From an uncultured Pelagibacteraceae bacterium (GTDB lineage: Bacteria > Pseudomonadota > Alphaproteobacteria > Pelagibacterales > Pelagibacteraceae), in assembly GCA_902517535.1 (NCBI GenBank), contig CABYCK010000001.1, positions 21,317 to 85,316 of the forward strand: 64,000 bases of DNA, given 5' to 3'. The notes under the pieces are model-generated. The model was not told the origin of the DNA. It saw nothing but the letters and a program-made list of their open reading frames with translations, and ran no database searches. Positions 19,343-28,114 of this stretch are shown here, piece by piece; position 1 is the stretch's first letter; each line of letters begins with the position of its first letter. The translations under genes were made by a program, and so were the position numbers.

Positions 19343-21202
19343 TTAAGAAGCTTTCTTATCTTTTTCGTCTCCAACAATATGGTAAACAGGCATTTTTTCC
19401 ATACTGAATTTACCAGTTTTTGGATCTCGTCTAGAAACTGTTAAGCAGTGCCAGTTCTCATCATCTAACTTTAGTTTATCACCTCTGTAATAATATCCTG
19501 GCCAACGAGTTTCTTCTCTAAATAAAGTATGTTCTGTTACGCATTGAGACGTTAATGTTCTATGTTTTAACTCCCATGCTCTCATCAACTGATGATAATC
19601 TTCGGCACCGACATTTTCTAAATCTTCTTGTAACCAATCCAAAAGCTCTAAACCTTTTTTAAGTAAGTTATCATTAGTCATATAATTAGCGGTAATACCT
19701 CCAACATATTCATCCATAATTTTTTGTAGTCGTTGTAGACCTTGAATTGGTGAAATATAACTTGGTGAAACTGTTCCGCCAGTAATTTCATTTCTGCCGA
19801 TGGTATAATTGTCTAAAGGTTTAAATATAATTTCTTTTAATTCGTCACACTGTTTATCCGTTACTTTAAGATTTTCAGCTTTTTTGTCCTCAATATATTT
19901 GACTGCTGCTTTAGCTGCTAATCTACCTTCCGTAAATGATCCAGATGAAAATTTATGGGCACTGCCTCCTACTGTGTCTCCAGCTCCAAAAAGGCCTTCT
20001 ATAGTTGTCATTCTGTTATAACCCCAAAAGTATTCTGGTGGAGATATATCTTCTGGCCCGCTTACCCAAGCCCCTGAACAAGTGGCATGTGACCCCATAA
20101 CATAAGGTTCGGATGTAGTAAGTTCTGGATTAGTATATTTTGGATCTATGTTTTGAGAAGCCCATACTACTGCTTGACCAACTGTCATTCCTAGAAAGTT
20201 TTCCCACCCAACTGTTTCTAAGTGAGGATCTTGAAAAGCTTCTTTTGTAACCATGTGTATTGGACCATTACCAGCCATTACTTCTTGAATAAATGCATGA
20301 TTTCTTAAACATGTCAGGGTTGGATGATGGTCTATATATTCCCCAACTAATTCTTTAGTTTTATCGTACCATTTTTTTTCGTAATTTTCACCGTTAGCAT
20401 TTTGCGTATAAGTTTTTAAATGCAAGAAGTATGCACCTACGGGACCGTAACCATCTTTAAATCTACATAATACAATTCTATTTTCCATTTGAGTCATTTT
20501 CGCACCTGCTGCAATTGGTAAAGCGTAAGCGGAACCATTGCTCCAAGGTGCGTACCATGTTCTACCCATGCCTTCACCAACAGATCGAGGTTTAAATATA
20601 TGTGAAGCGCCTCCAGCAGCCACAATTACGGTTTTAGCTCTAAATACATGGTAATCACCAGTTCTCATGTTAAAACCAACAGCGCCACCTACTCGATTAC
20701 TATTGCTCTCATCCATAAGTAAATGCGTAACCATTATTCTGTTATAAATTTTATCAGCTGATTTTTTTGCAGCCTCGGCAACTATTGGCTTGTAACTTTC
20801 ACCGTGAATCATTATTTGCCATTTACCTTCACGTTGATACCTCCCAGTTTTTTTATCTTTCATCATTGGAAGACCCCATTCATCGAACATATGGACTGTT
20901 GAGTCAACATGACGAGCCATGTCATAACCTAAATCTTCTCTTACTAATCCCATAAGATCATTTCTTGCATATCTTACGTGATCCTCGGGTTGATTTTCAT
21001 TCCATCTCATACCCATGTAACAATTAATTGCGTACAGACCTTGAGCTACAGCTCCACTTCTATCAATGTTTGCTTTTTCTACGCAGATGATTTTTAAATC
21101 TCTTCCCCAGTGCCTAGCTTCAAATGTTGCGCCAGTTCCGGCCATGCCTCCACCAACAACCAGTACATCGCAATCTTCATGAATTGTTTTGTTTTTAGGC
21201 AT
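19343..21202 (-). CDS. aprA: Adenylylsulfate reductase alpha subunit
   Basis: RSGAVAQGLYAIN, WQIMIHGESYK, RFKDGYGPVG, GSAHKFSSGS, ETRWPGYY motifs. Confidence 0.96.
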   Translation of the reverse strand: MPKNKTIHEDCDVLVVGGGMAGTGATFEARHWGRDLKIICVEKANIDRSGAVAQGLYAINCYMGMRWNENQPEDHVRYARNDLMGLVREDLGYDMARHVDSTVHMFDEWGLPMMKDKKTGRYQREGKWQIMIHGESYKPIVAEAAKKSADKIYNRIMVTHLLMDESNSNRVGGAVGFNMRTGDYHVFRAKTVIVAAGGASHIFKPRSVGEGMGRTWYAPWSNGSAYALPIAAGAKMTQMENRIVLCRFKDGYGPVGAYFLHLKTYTQNANGENYEKKWYDKTKELVGEYIDHHPTLTCLRNHAFIQEVMAGNGPIHMVTKEAFQDPHLETVGWENFLGMTVGQAVVWASQNIDPKYTNPELTTSEPYVMGSHATCSGAWVSGPEDISPPEYFWGYNRMTTIEGLFGAGDTVGGSAHKFSSGSFTEGRLAAKAAVKYIEDKKAENLKVTDKQCDELKEIIFKPLDNYTIGRNEITGGTVSPSYISPIQGLQRLQKIMDEYVGGITANYMTNDNLLKKGLELLDWLQEDLENVGAEDYHQLMRAWELKHRTLTSQCVTEHTLFREETRWPGYYYRGDKLKLDDENWHCLTVSRRDPKTGKFSMEKMPVYHIVGDEKDKKAS

Positions 21203-21672
21203 TAATAGTAAACACCCTTTTTAAAAGAGTCTTTACTTATTGTAGGCAAATCTTTTTTAGTATCAAGTCCCTCAGGTTCTGAGTATAAAACTTCTGAGTT
21301 CATTTCTCCTTGTCTAGGTTTATCACCTTCAGCCAACTTGGGAATAAATTTTCCCCAAGGCTTAGTTGTAATAGGTGAAACAAAATCTTTTTCAGTTCCA
21401 TTTCTAAACTTTATTTTCCAAGATATAGTTCCTTTTTCCTCTTCCCTTCTTACTCTTACGCTATGACCCATGGGTGCAAAATCTGCGTAACCTCTAACAT
21501 CAATAGCGTGATTAGGACAAGCTTTTACACATGAATAACATTCCCAGCAAAAATTAGGTTCAATATTTTTTGCTCTACGAATAGTTTCATCAATATGCAT
21601 AATGTCTGAAGGACAAATATCTACACAGTGTCCGCATCCATCGCATCTCGTCATATATACAAAAGTAGACAT
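21202..21672 (-). CDS. aprB: Adenylylsulfate reductase beta subunit
   Basis: Two [4Fe-4S] motifs CDGCGHCVDICP and CWECYSCVKACP; VRGYADF. Confidence 0.96.
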   Translation of the reverse strand: MSTFVYMTRCDGCGHCVDICPSDIMHIDETIRRAKNIEPNFCWECYSCVKACPNHAIDVRGYADFAPMGHSVRVRREEEKGTISWKIKFRNGTEKDFVSPITTKPWGKFIPKLAEGDKPRQGEMNSEVLYSEPEGLDTKKDLPTISKDSFKKGVYY

Positions 21673-21735
21673 AATTATTTCTTCTCAGTTTTTACATTAG
21701 CTTTATATAATATACTAGTTTTATTAATCATGATG

Positions 21736-22527
21736 TTAATAATGTTTTGGTTGTTCTCTTTTAATACCTAAGCCAAATTGTTCTGGTGCATCGGCTGGAG
21801 GAGGCAAATTGTCTCTAGAACCATCTGCTTCAGCTAAATTTTTTTGTATAGCAGCACCAGGTTTATAAAACATATGTGCAAATTTAGACCAGTAAACTCC
21901 ACCGAATAACACTAGATTTGCTAGAAAAAATAAAATTAAAAATAAATAGCTTAATCCTGTCATTCCCGATGATTGTAAAAATGACCAAGCTAATCCAAAA
22001 GTAGCACAGGCTAGCAAGGCTAAAACAAATAAATCAGCGGTAATAATTCTATACCAAGGATGAGCCTCTGCTGAAACATCTACTCTTAAAAAAAACCAAA
22101 ACCAATAACCGCCAACACAAGTCATTATCGCCCCTATATGCCACATAATGGGAATGTAAGTTGGAGCTTCTACACCTTCAGAATATTTAAATATTAAAAT
22201 TACTGACGCGATCCAAAAGAGAATTGTACCGTACATTCCAAGAACATGAGCTAGTCTTCTTTTACCAAAGCCAAGCTCTGATGTTGTAGCTATATCGCTT
22301 GCTACAGTTTTTAAAATCACAGCTGTTTTTTTTCCAGTACTTAATTCTGTTTTTGCGGATTTTTTTGCTTTTTTAGCATTTCTAAAAAAATAAATTACGT
22401 TCTTTTTATGTAGCATGTCTAAACTTGTTCCAATGATAATAAATAAAATCATGGCGATAACGAAAAATTGTATTGCTTGGGCTGAAATAATTAAAGCTAA
22501 ATCTGCAAATGGGTTATGTGTAAGCAT
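21736..22527 (-). CDS. aprM: APS reductase membrane anchor AprM
   Basis: Multi-TM; AHVLGMYG, WFFLRVDV and WSKFAHMFYKP motifs; directly upstream of aprBA. Confidence 0.9.
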   Translation of the reverse strand: MLTHNPFADLALIISAQAIQFFVIAMILFIIIGTSLDMLHKKNVIYFFRNAKKAKKSAKTELSTGKKTAVILKTVASDIATTSELGFGKRRLAHVLGMYGTILFWIASVILIFKYSEGVEAPTYIPIMWHIGAIMTCVGGYWFWFFLRVDVSAEAHPWYRIITADLFVLALLACATFGLAWSFLQSSGMTGLSYLFLILFFLANLVLFGGVYWSKFAHMFYKPGAAIQKNLAEADGSRDNLPPPADAPEQFGLGIKREQPKHY

Positions 22528-22551
22528 ATTGATTATCTCCTTGAGATCATT

Positions 22552-22580
22552 ATTTTATATATGAGATATTTGAAGGTCAA
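22552..22580 (-). promoter_or_regulatory. Sigma70-type promoter for aprMBA
   Basis: TTGACC-N17-TAAAAT on the minus strand, then AAGGAG SD and the aprM ATG. Confidence 0.65.
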
Positions 22581-22597
22581 GTGAGAACAGCTCGCAA

Positions 22598-22978
22598 TTA
22601 TTTGAGCTTTCCTTCTTTTCGCATTTGTGCTCTTATTTTAGTAGCTGAAATCTGTTGTATTTTTTCATCAAGGACTATTTCCTCAATTTTATAACCTACA
22701 CCTCTACCGTAACAAATATTGGTAATATTTGGAACTAAAGTGACTTGAATTCTATTTTTGTAATCTTTTAAAGCAGTAAGTATATTTTTTTTTACTGTTT
22801 CAAATTCAAATGGATTATCTTCTACACCCTGGACATCTCTAACCATAATATTTACTTGACCAGTTTTTTTTAAAATTTCCTCAAACAATTTTTGGTGACC
22901 TGCGTGCCACGGTTGCCATCGTCCTAGCATCTGAGCAGTGGGAAGCTTGTTATCCCAAACGTGATTGTCGTTTTTCAT
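22598..22978 (-). CDS. Minimal HxGH nucleotidyltransferase (cytidylyltransferase-like)
   Basis: GRWQPWHAGH (HxGH) and ISATKIR motifs in 126 aa. Confidence 0.8.
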   Translation of the reverse strand: MKNDNHVWDNKLPTAQMLGRWQPWHAGHQKLFEEILKKTGQVNIMVRDVQGVEDNPFEFETVKKNILTALKDYKNRIQVTLVPNITNICYGRGVGYKIEEIVLDEKIQQISATKIRAQMRKEGKLK

Positions 22979-22995
22979 TTAACTTTTAAAAATTT

Positions 22996-23667
22996 TTAAG
23001 CAGCTGCTGTCTGTAACTTATGTTTAGAAGTCATTCCACTTAAAAAATTCCAAAGATACCTTGCTGTTAAGAGAGAGGCTTTTTCAGCTTTCTCTTGTTC
23101 TTCTTTAGATAAATCATCTAAAAGTTTTTCACATTCCGCTCTATGTATTACATCTGCAGATTTGTGAGCTTCAAAAAATTCAAGACCGTCTTTAGAATTT
23201 ACTCCATAAAATTTTTTAAGTCCTTGGATCTTAGTTTCAGCTATTTCCGGTATTTGTCTTTCATAAGTATACAAAGACGCCAATCCTTCAGCATAAGATT
23301 TTCGAGCTTGATAAAAAAAATTTTCAATCATATCTTTTGTAAACCAATCTAGCTTTACGTTTTCAATATTTTTATCGTCAGCTCCCAAAGCTTTAGCAAA
23401 ATTTTTCCATAATTTTGGATGATCTCCATCTTTATTTTCTTCATCTTGCAAATTCTCTAAAAGAATTCTTCTTTTATCTAAGTCTTCGCATATAGAATGA
23501 GTGGCGCTAATATATCTGGGAAATGCTTTAACATGCTGATAATATTGTTCAGCATAATCTTTAATTATTTCTCGAGTTAATTTTCCTTCATTCCAATATA
23601 CTTGGTAAAAAGGATGTTTGAGTAAATGAAATTTGTCTAACTTTTCTCCTAAATCTTTTGAAAACAT
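22996..23667 (-). CDS. CADD-family (PqqC/heme-oxygenase-like dimetal) putative para-aminobenzoate synthase
   Basis: HLLKHPFY, QYYQHVKAFPRY, ENLQDEE...H, YERQIPEIAETKIQGL, H...D..H metal ligands. Confidence 0.85.
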   Translation of the reverse strand: MFSKDLGEKLDKFHLLKHPFYQVYWNEGKLTREIIKDYAEQYYQHVKAFPRYISATHSICEDLDKRRILLENLQDEENKDGDHPKLWKNFAKALGADDKNIENVKLDWFTKDMIENFFYQARKSYAEGLASLYTYERQIPEIAETKIQGLKKFYGVNSKDGLEFFEAHKSADVIHRAECEKLLDDLSKEEQEKAEKASLLTARYLWNFLSGMTSKHKLQTAAA

Positions 23668-23748
23668 TTTTTCTCCTTGGTTAATTAAATTTTAAAGTGT
23701 AATAAGAACACTATTAAATACGTTTTTTAATTAAATCAAAAAAAACAA

Positions 23749-23757
23749 TTATCCACA
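23749..23757 (+). promoter_or_regulatory. DnaA box
   Basis: Perfect TTATCCACA in a ~200-bp intergenic region. Confidence 0.5.
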
Positions 23758-23873
23758 AGTCTGAATTTTAAAAAACGAATGTTCACCTTTTGATTCACTT
23801 TTGATTCCAAAGTGGACTCATAATACAACTTGAGGGTGATTTACTCACAGTCCGTTTTGATATTTGCCTTAGG

Positions 23874-25091
23874 TTATCTGGCTGCCTCAACAGTAAGTGG
23901 TTTTTCATCAATAGGTAAATGCACTAGCGTAGCGAACATTGATAAAGCTATAGCAATATACCAAGCGTAGTCATACGATCCATATAAATCATAAAAATAG
24001 CCGCCTAAAAATGATCCTGCAAAAGCTCCTACTTGATGACTGAAAAAAACGATTCCAAAAAGAGTACTTAAATATTTTGTGCCAAAAATTTGTGCAACAA
24101 TCCCATTTGTAGGGGGCACAGTAGACAACCAAAGTAATCCGAAAGTTATTCCAAAAAATATAGACATATAAATTGAAGGTGGAGAAAATATGAAAATAGC
24201 AATGATTATAGCTCTTAAAAAATATAGAATACTTAACAATATTTTTTTACTATATTTTGTCCCTAGATATCCTATTCCTAGGGTTCCAATTATATTAAAC
24301 AACCCTATGAGAGATAAAATTATTGTAGCTGTCCAACCACCTAGCCCTCTGTCTTGCATATAGCCTGGAACATGTGTGCCAACTAAAGTTATTTGAAATC
24401 CACATACAAAAAATCCTGCAACTAACAAAATATATCCTTTGTGTGTAAAAGCCTCAATCAGAGCCTCAGTGAAATTCTGTTTTTTTTCAGTCTTTAAAAT
24501 ATATGCTTGTTTCTTAGGTAAAATAAATATTGAGGCAATAAGTCCAAATAAAATAAAGTACATAAAATATTTTAAAGTTTGTTCCCATCCTGCAACTCCT
24601 AGCGTATATTGCGTAAACAATGGAGCTAGAAAATAACCTACTGAGGCAGCAGCTGTGACCATGCCTGTGGCGATTGTCCTTTTTTCATTAGAAAAATGTT
24701 TGCCGACTTCTGAAACTGGAACACTCATTGCTGTAGCTCCGAGCGCCGTTCCTACTAGGACTCCTAAACTTATTTGAAAAAAAATTCCTGTATTTGGCCC
24801 TGAATATAACATGTAGATACCTAAACCAAATATTATAAATCCAATAAAAACAGCTTTATTTCCTCCAAATTTATCCGCAATAATACCAAATATTGGAGCA
24901 AACATTCCCCAAAATAACATTTGCAATCCTATTGCTAAACCAAATTCTGTTCTAGTACAGTTTAATCCTTCCTCGAAAGCACTAAAAAATAATCCAAAAG
25001 TTTGTCTTAAACCCATTGAAATTAAAATTACCGAACTTGCAGCAAGCAATGTTATAAAAGCTAATTTGTTAGGGATGAATCTTTCAGACAA
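23874..25091 (-). CDS. MFS transporter
   Basis: ~12 TM; 'GIIADKFG' motif A; TTG start. Confidence 0.88.
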   Translation of the reverse strand: MSERFIPNKLAFITLLAASSVILISMGLRQTFGLFFSAFEEGLNCTRTEFGLAIGLQMLFWGMFAPIFGIIADKFGGNKAVFIGFIIFGLGIYMLYSGPNTGIFFQISLGVLVGTALGATAMSVPVSEVGKHFSNEKRTIATGMVTAAASVGYFLAPLFTQYTLGVAGWEQTLKYFMYFILFGLIASIFILPKKQAYILKTEKKQNFTEALIEAFTHKGYILLVAGFFVCGFQITLVGTHVPGYMQDRGLGGWTATIILSLIGLFNIIGTLGIGYLGTKYSKKILLSILYFLRAIIIAIFIFSPPSIYMSIFFGITFGLLWLSTVPPTNGIVAQIFGTKYLSTLFGIVFFSHQVGAFAGSFLGGYFYDLYGSYDYAWYIAIALSMFATLVHLPIDEKPLTVEAAR

Positions 25092-26045
25092 TTAAATGCT
25101 ACCTTTCAGTTTTCTTATTTCTAACCATTTTTCTACTGAGTCCGTTTTCTGTCTTATTTTTTCAATATCTTTAATTTCATTTCTTTTTTTTGCTAGTATT
25201 ATTTGATGATTTCTCAAATGAGGAATACAAAAAGCTAAATATTTAGCCGCTAAGAATATTCCATGTTTTATTCCCCATTTAATTTTATGATCTACAATTT
25301 TGCTTTTAGAATTATTAAATTTATACTCGGTTTGTTTTCTGTCAAAGTACTCATGTTTAATTATCTCAAAACCGCTATATTCAAGTAAAAAAGATAGTTC
25401 TTCTTTGCTGAATTCTCTATTATGTGGCCTCCAGTCTCCGATATACACCTTTGAAGATAGTAAATAAGGAACATTTGGGCTTTTGCCTTTTCTTAACATA
25501 TCTTGGATATATAAAAAATTAGTAATGTTATCCGTAGTAATAATTAAATAACCATTCATTTTTAATGATTTATTAATTTGATCTAAACAATAGTTTGGTT
25601 CTACAAGATGCTCAATTGTATCTAGCAAAAGAGTTAGGTCGTAATTTTTGATTTGCCAATCAATTGACTTTTTTGCAAATGGAAAAGAAGGATCGATTTC
25701 TGTGCTTATACAATTTACATTGTCTTTTTTTAACTCATCCACAAATTTTTTATCAAAACTTAAACCTATAGCGGTGCATTCTGATAAACGCTCTTTGAAT
25801 AAATCTTTTATTAGTTTAATCATATTTCCTGGCCAAGCACCGACATCAACTACTTTAACAGATTTTGAAAGTTTATTTTCTATGTCAAGAATGTATGTGA
25901 AAACTTTGTAAAATCTTTTATAGCTTATCAAAAAACTATTTTTGCCTTTAAAACCAGGTCTTTCATCGTAATCTTTGTGTTCCCAATCAAATGGCTTATA
26001 ATTTAAAACGAAATTTTCAAAATATTTTTTCTTATTTTTAATCAT
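25092..26045 (-). CDS. Class I SAM-dependent methyltransferase-like protein
   Basis: VVDVGAWPG, DTIEHL and HNREFS motifs. Confidence 0.75.
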   Translation of the reverse strand: MIKNKKKYFENFVLNYKPFDWEHKDYDERPGFKGKNSFLISYKRFYKVFTYILDIENKLSKSVKVVDVGAWPGNMIKLIKDLFKERLSECTAIGLSFDKKFVDELKKDNVNCISTEIDPSFPFAKKSIDWQIKNYDLTLLLDTIEHLVEPNYCLDQINKSLKMNGYLIITTDNITNFLYIQDMLRKGKSPNVPYLLSSKVYIGDWRPHNREFSKEELSFLLEYSGFEIIKHEYFDRKQTEYKFNNSKSKIVDHKIKWGIKHGIFLAAKYLAFCIPHLRNHQIILAKKRNEIKDIEKIRQKTDSVEKWLEIRKLKGSI

Positions 26046-26051
26046 AATTAT

Positions 26052-27242
26052 CTATTTAATGAACTTAAGGCATTTCCTTAAATCTGTTATTAAATCTTTA
26101 GGGTCTTCTAAACCAATGTGAAGTCTTACAATGTATTCATCTTTTGCAAATCTGAAATATTTCCTTGCTTCGGTATATTTCGTTCTAGCTCTTAAATCCT
26201 GCAAAAGGACTAAGCTCTCGAAGCCTCCCCAGCTATAACCAATTCCAAATAATTCTAGTGAATTTACGAATTTAATGACTGATGATTTTTTTTTACTTTT
26301 TATAACTACGGAGAATAAACCATTTGCCCCTGAATAATATTTTTTCCACAATTTATAATTTTTAGAAGAAGGTTTGTAGGGATAAAGTATTTCTTTTATT
26401 TTTTTTTGTTTCTTTAAAAAATTAATGATTATTTTTGTATTTTCGTAATGTTTTTTAAGCCTTACATCCAATGTTCTTAAACCTCTTATGATTAGATAAG
26501 CTTCATCAGCCGACATTCTATAACCTGATAGTTTATAAAAAAACATTACCTTTTTAAAAACTTTTTTGTTAACTGCCAGGGAACCACCCATTGCATCAGA
26601 GTGACCTGAATAATATTTTGTAGCAGAGCAAAAAGACATATCAAAACCAATTTTAAGAGGTTTCAAGTATAAAGGTGTGCCCCAAGTATTATCGAGAAAA
26701 GTTAAAATATTTTTTCTTTTTGCAACCTTGATAATTTTTGAAAGATCTTGAAATTCGAAAGTATTACTTCCAGGATTCTCTACTATTATCATTTTAGTTT
26801 TTTTTGAAATTTTATTCTTTAAATCTTCAAAATTGTCTGGATCATAAAAAATTGAGTTAATATTAAATTCTTTTACAAGGTGTTCAGATATTTCTTTTGT
26901 TGGCCCATAAACATTATCTGAAACTACAATTTCATCTCCGGGTCTGCATAAGCTCATGATCGCAAGGGCAACCCCACCGAACCCTGTGCCAGTTAAAAAA
27001 ACATGATAGGCTTGTTCTAATTCTTTAAGAATATTCTCTAATTCTATAGTTGTTGAGCTTCCGTATCTTCCATAGCTGTAGTAGCTAATTTTTTTGTTAG
27101 CCTTTATTTTTTTTTCATGCTGCAAAAGTTCCTGCATGGAGTTGAAAAGTATTGTAGATGCCCTTGTTACAGAAGGATTAGCTGACCTATTGGTGCTATC
27201 TTTTATGGGTTGTTTTAAAAATGTGCTTATAGACTTTTTCAT
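26052..27242 (-). CDS. metC: Cystathionine beta-lyase
   Basis: YGRYG, ENPGS, DNTW, SATKY (PLP Lys), YSWGGFESL, RLHIGLED; start reassigned to ATG 27242 (MKKSIST). Confidence 0.88.
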   Translation of the reverse strand: MKKSISTFLKQPIKDSTNRSANPSVTRASTILFNSMQELLQHEKKIKANKKISYYSYGRYGSSTTIELENILKELEQAYHVFLTGTGFGGVALAIMSLCRPGDEIVVSDNVYGPTKEISEHLVKEFNINSIFYDPDNFEDLKNKISKKTKMIIVENPGSNTFEFQDLSKIIKVAKRKNILTFLDNTWGTPLYLKPLKIGFDMSFCSATKYYSGHSDAMGGSLAVNKKVFKKVMFFYKLSGYRMSADEAYLIIRGLRTLDVRLKKHYENTKIIINFLKKQKKIKEILYPYKPSSKNYKLWKKYYSGANGLFSVVIKSKKKSSVIKFVNSLELFGIGYSWGGFESLVLLQDLRARTKYTEARKYFRFAKDEYIVRLHIGLEDPKDLITDLRKCLKFIK

Positions 27243-27307
27243 AAAATAAGTATAATTGAAACTTACATAAGATTTATACAACAAAATATAAAAAAGGAGG
27301 CAAAAAT

Positions 27308-27391
27308 ATGGGTTATCCAAAAAAACACCGAGGACGAAGGAAAATTGGCTCAAAAAAAAGAAGAGCTAGAAAAAGAAACAAAAGAAAATAA
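27308..27391 (+). CDS. 27-aa Lys/Arg-rich microprotein
   Basis: Not in ORF track; AAGGAGG SD 7 nt upstream; MGYPKKHRGRRKIGSKKRRARKRNKRK. Confidence 0.7.
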   Translation: MGYPKKHRGRRKIGSKKRRARKRNKRK

Positions 27392-27406
27392 TCAAAATTT
27401 AAACTT

Positions 27407-28114
27407 ATGAAACAAATAACTCAAATTAGAAAATTGAGTATTTTAATCTTTATAATTCCTTTGATGGGAATTAATTTATGTTTAATAATTTCTCAGAATT
27501 CAGAATTTTTAGATGGTACTATTTTCGTAGTTGACCAAATTGGCAGATCTGGTTTTTCGATTCCTTATTTTGATGGTGGTTTATCAATTAGTAGGGCGTC
27601 AAGAACATATCCTCAATATTTAATTTTTAAGCCCTCAATGATTATTACAGCGATTATGCTTTATTATTATTGGAATAATAATAATAATTTAGTTAATAGT
27701 TTGAATTCAACTAATATAAATCATAAATTTAAAACTTACGGTATTTTGTCAGCGTTGTTCCTTGTGATTCACTCTCTTCTTCTTGGAATAAAATTTGATA
27801 TTCAGATCTACAAATTATTTAGAAGGATCGTTTTGTTAGCTTTTATTATTTTCGAAATAATTGCTCAAGGTATATTGGTCTATTATCTATTTAAATTGAA
27901 AACAAAAATTAAAAACCTAATTAATGGTAATATCCTTAAACTTAAACTTCTTTTAGTTGGAATACTTGCGGTAGTTGCTATTTTTAGTTTACCTTTATTG
28001 ATCACCAAAGGTAACACTCACTTCAAACATGCCTTAGAATGGAATTATTTTGTTGGAGTAATATTATTTTATTTATTATCAAATTTATTTTGGAAAAAAA
28101 TTAAGATTAGTTAA
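27407..28114 (+). CDS. Hypothetical multi-TM membrane protein
   Basis: 235 aa, ~6 hydrophobic segments. Confidence 0.75.
   Translation: MKQITQIRKLSILIFIIPLMGINLCLIISQNSEFLDGTIFVVDQIGRSGFSIPYFDGGLSISRASRTYPQYLIFKPSMIITAIMLYYYWNNNNNLVNSLNSTNINHKFKTYGILSALFLVIHSLLLGIKFDIQIYKLFRRIVLLAFIIFEIIAQGILVYYLFKLKTKIKNLINGNILKLKLLLVGILAVVAIFSLPLLITKGNTHFKHALEWNYFVGVILFYLLSNLFWKKIKIS

Noticed and set aside
19343-22527. Dissimilatory sulfate reduction
   Set aside because: AprM-anchored type with no qmo or dsr genes in the window; better read as oxidative
23680-23695. CtrA box (GTTAA-N7-TTAA)
   Set aside because: Matches the consensus but is expected by chance in such AT-rich DNA; no evidence for ctrA in the window
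23668-23873. Replication origin
   Set aside because: Only one perfect DnaA box, no switch in predominant gene strand, and no typical oriC-flanking genes
27243-27353. N-terminal extension of MetC in the ORF track
   Set aside because: Non-homologous sequence that overlaps the SD-supported + strand microprotein; ATG 27242 is the better start
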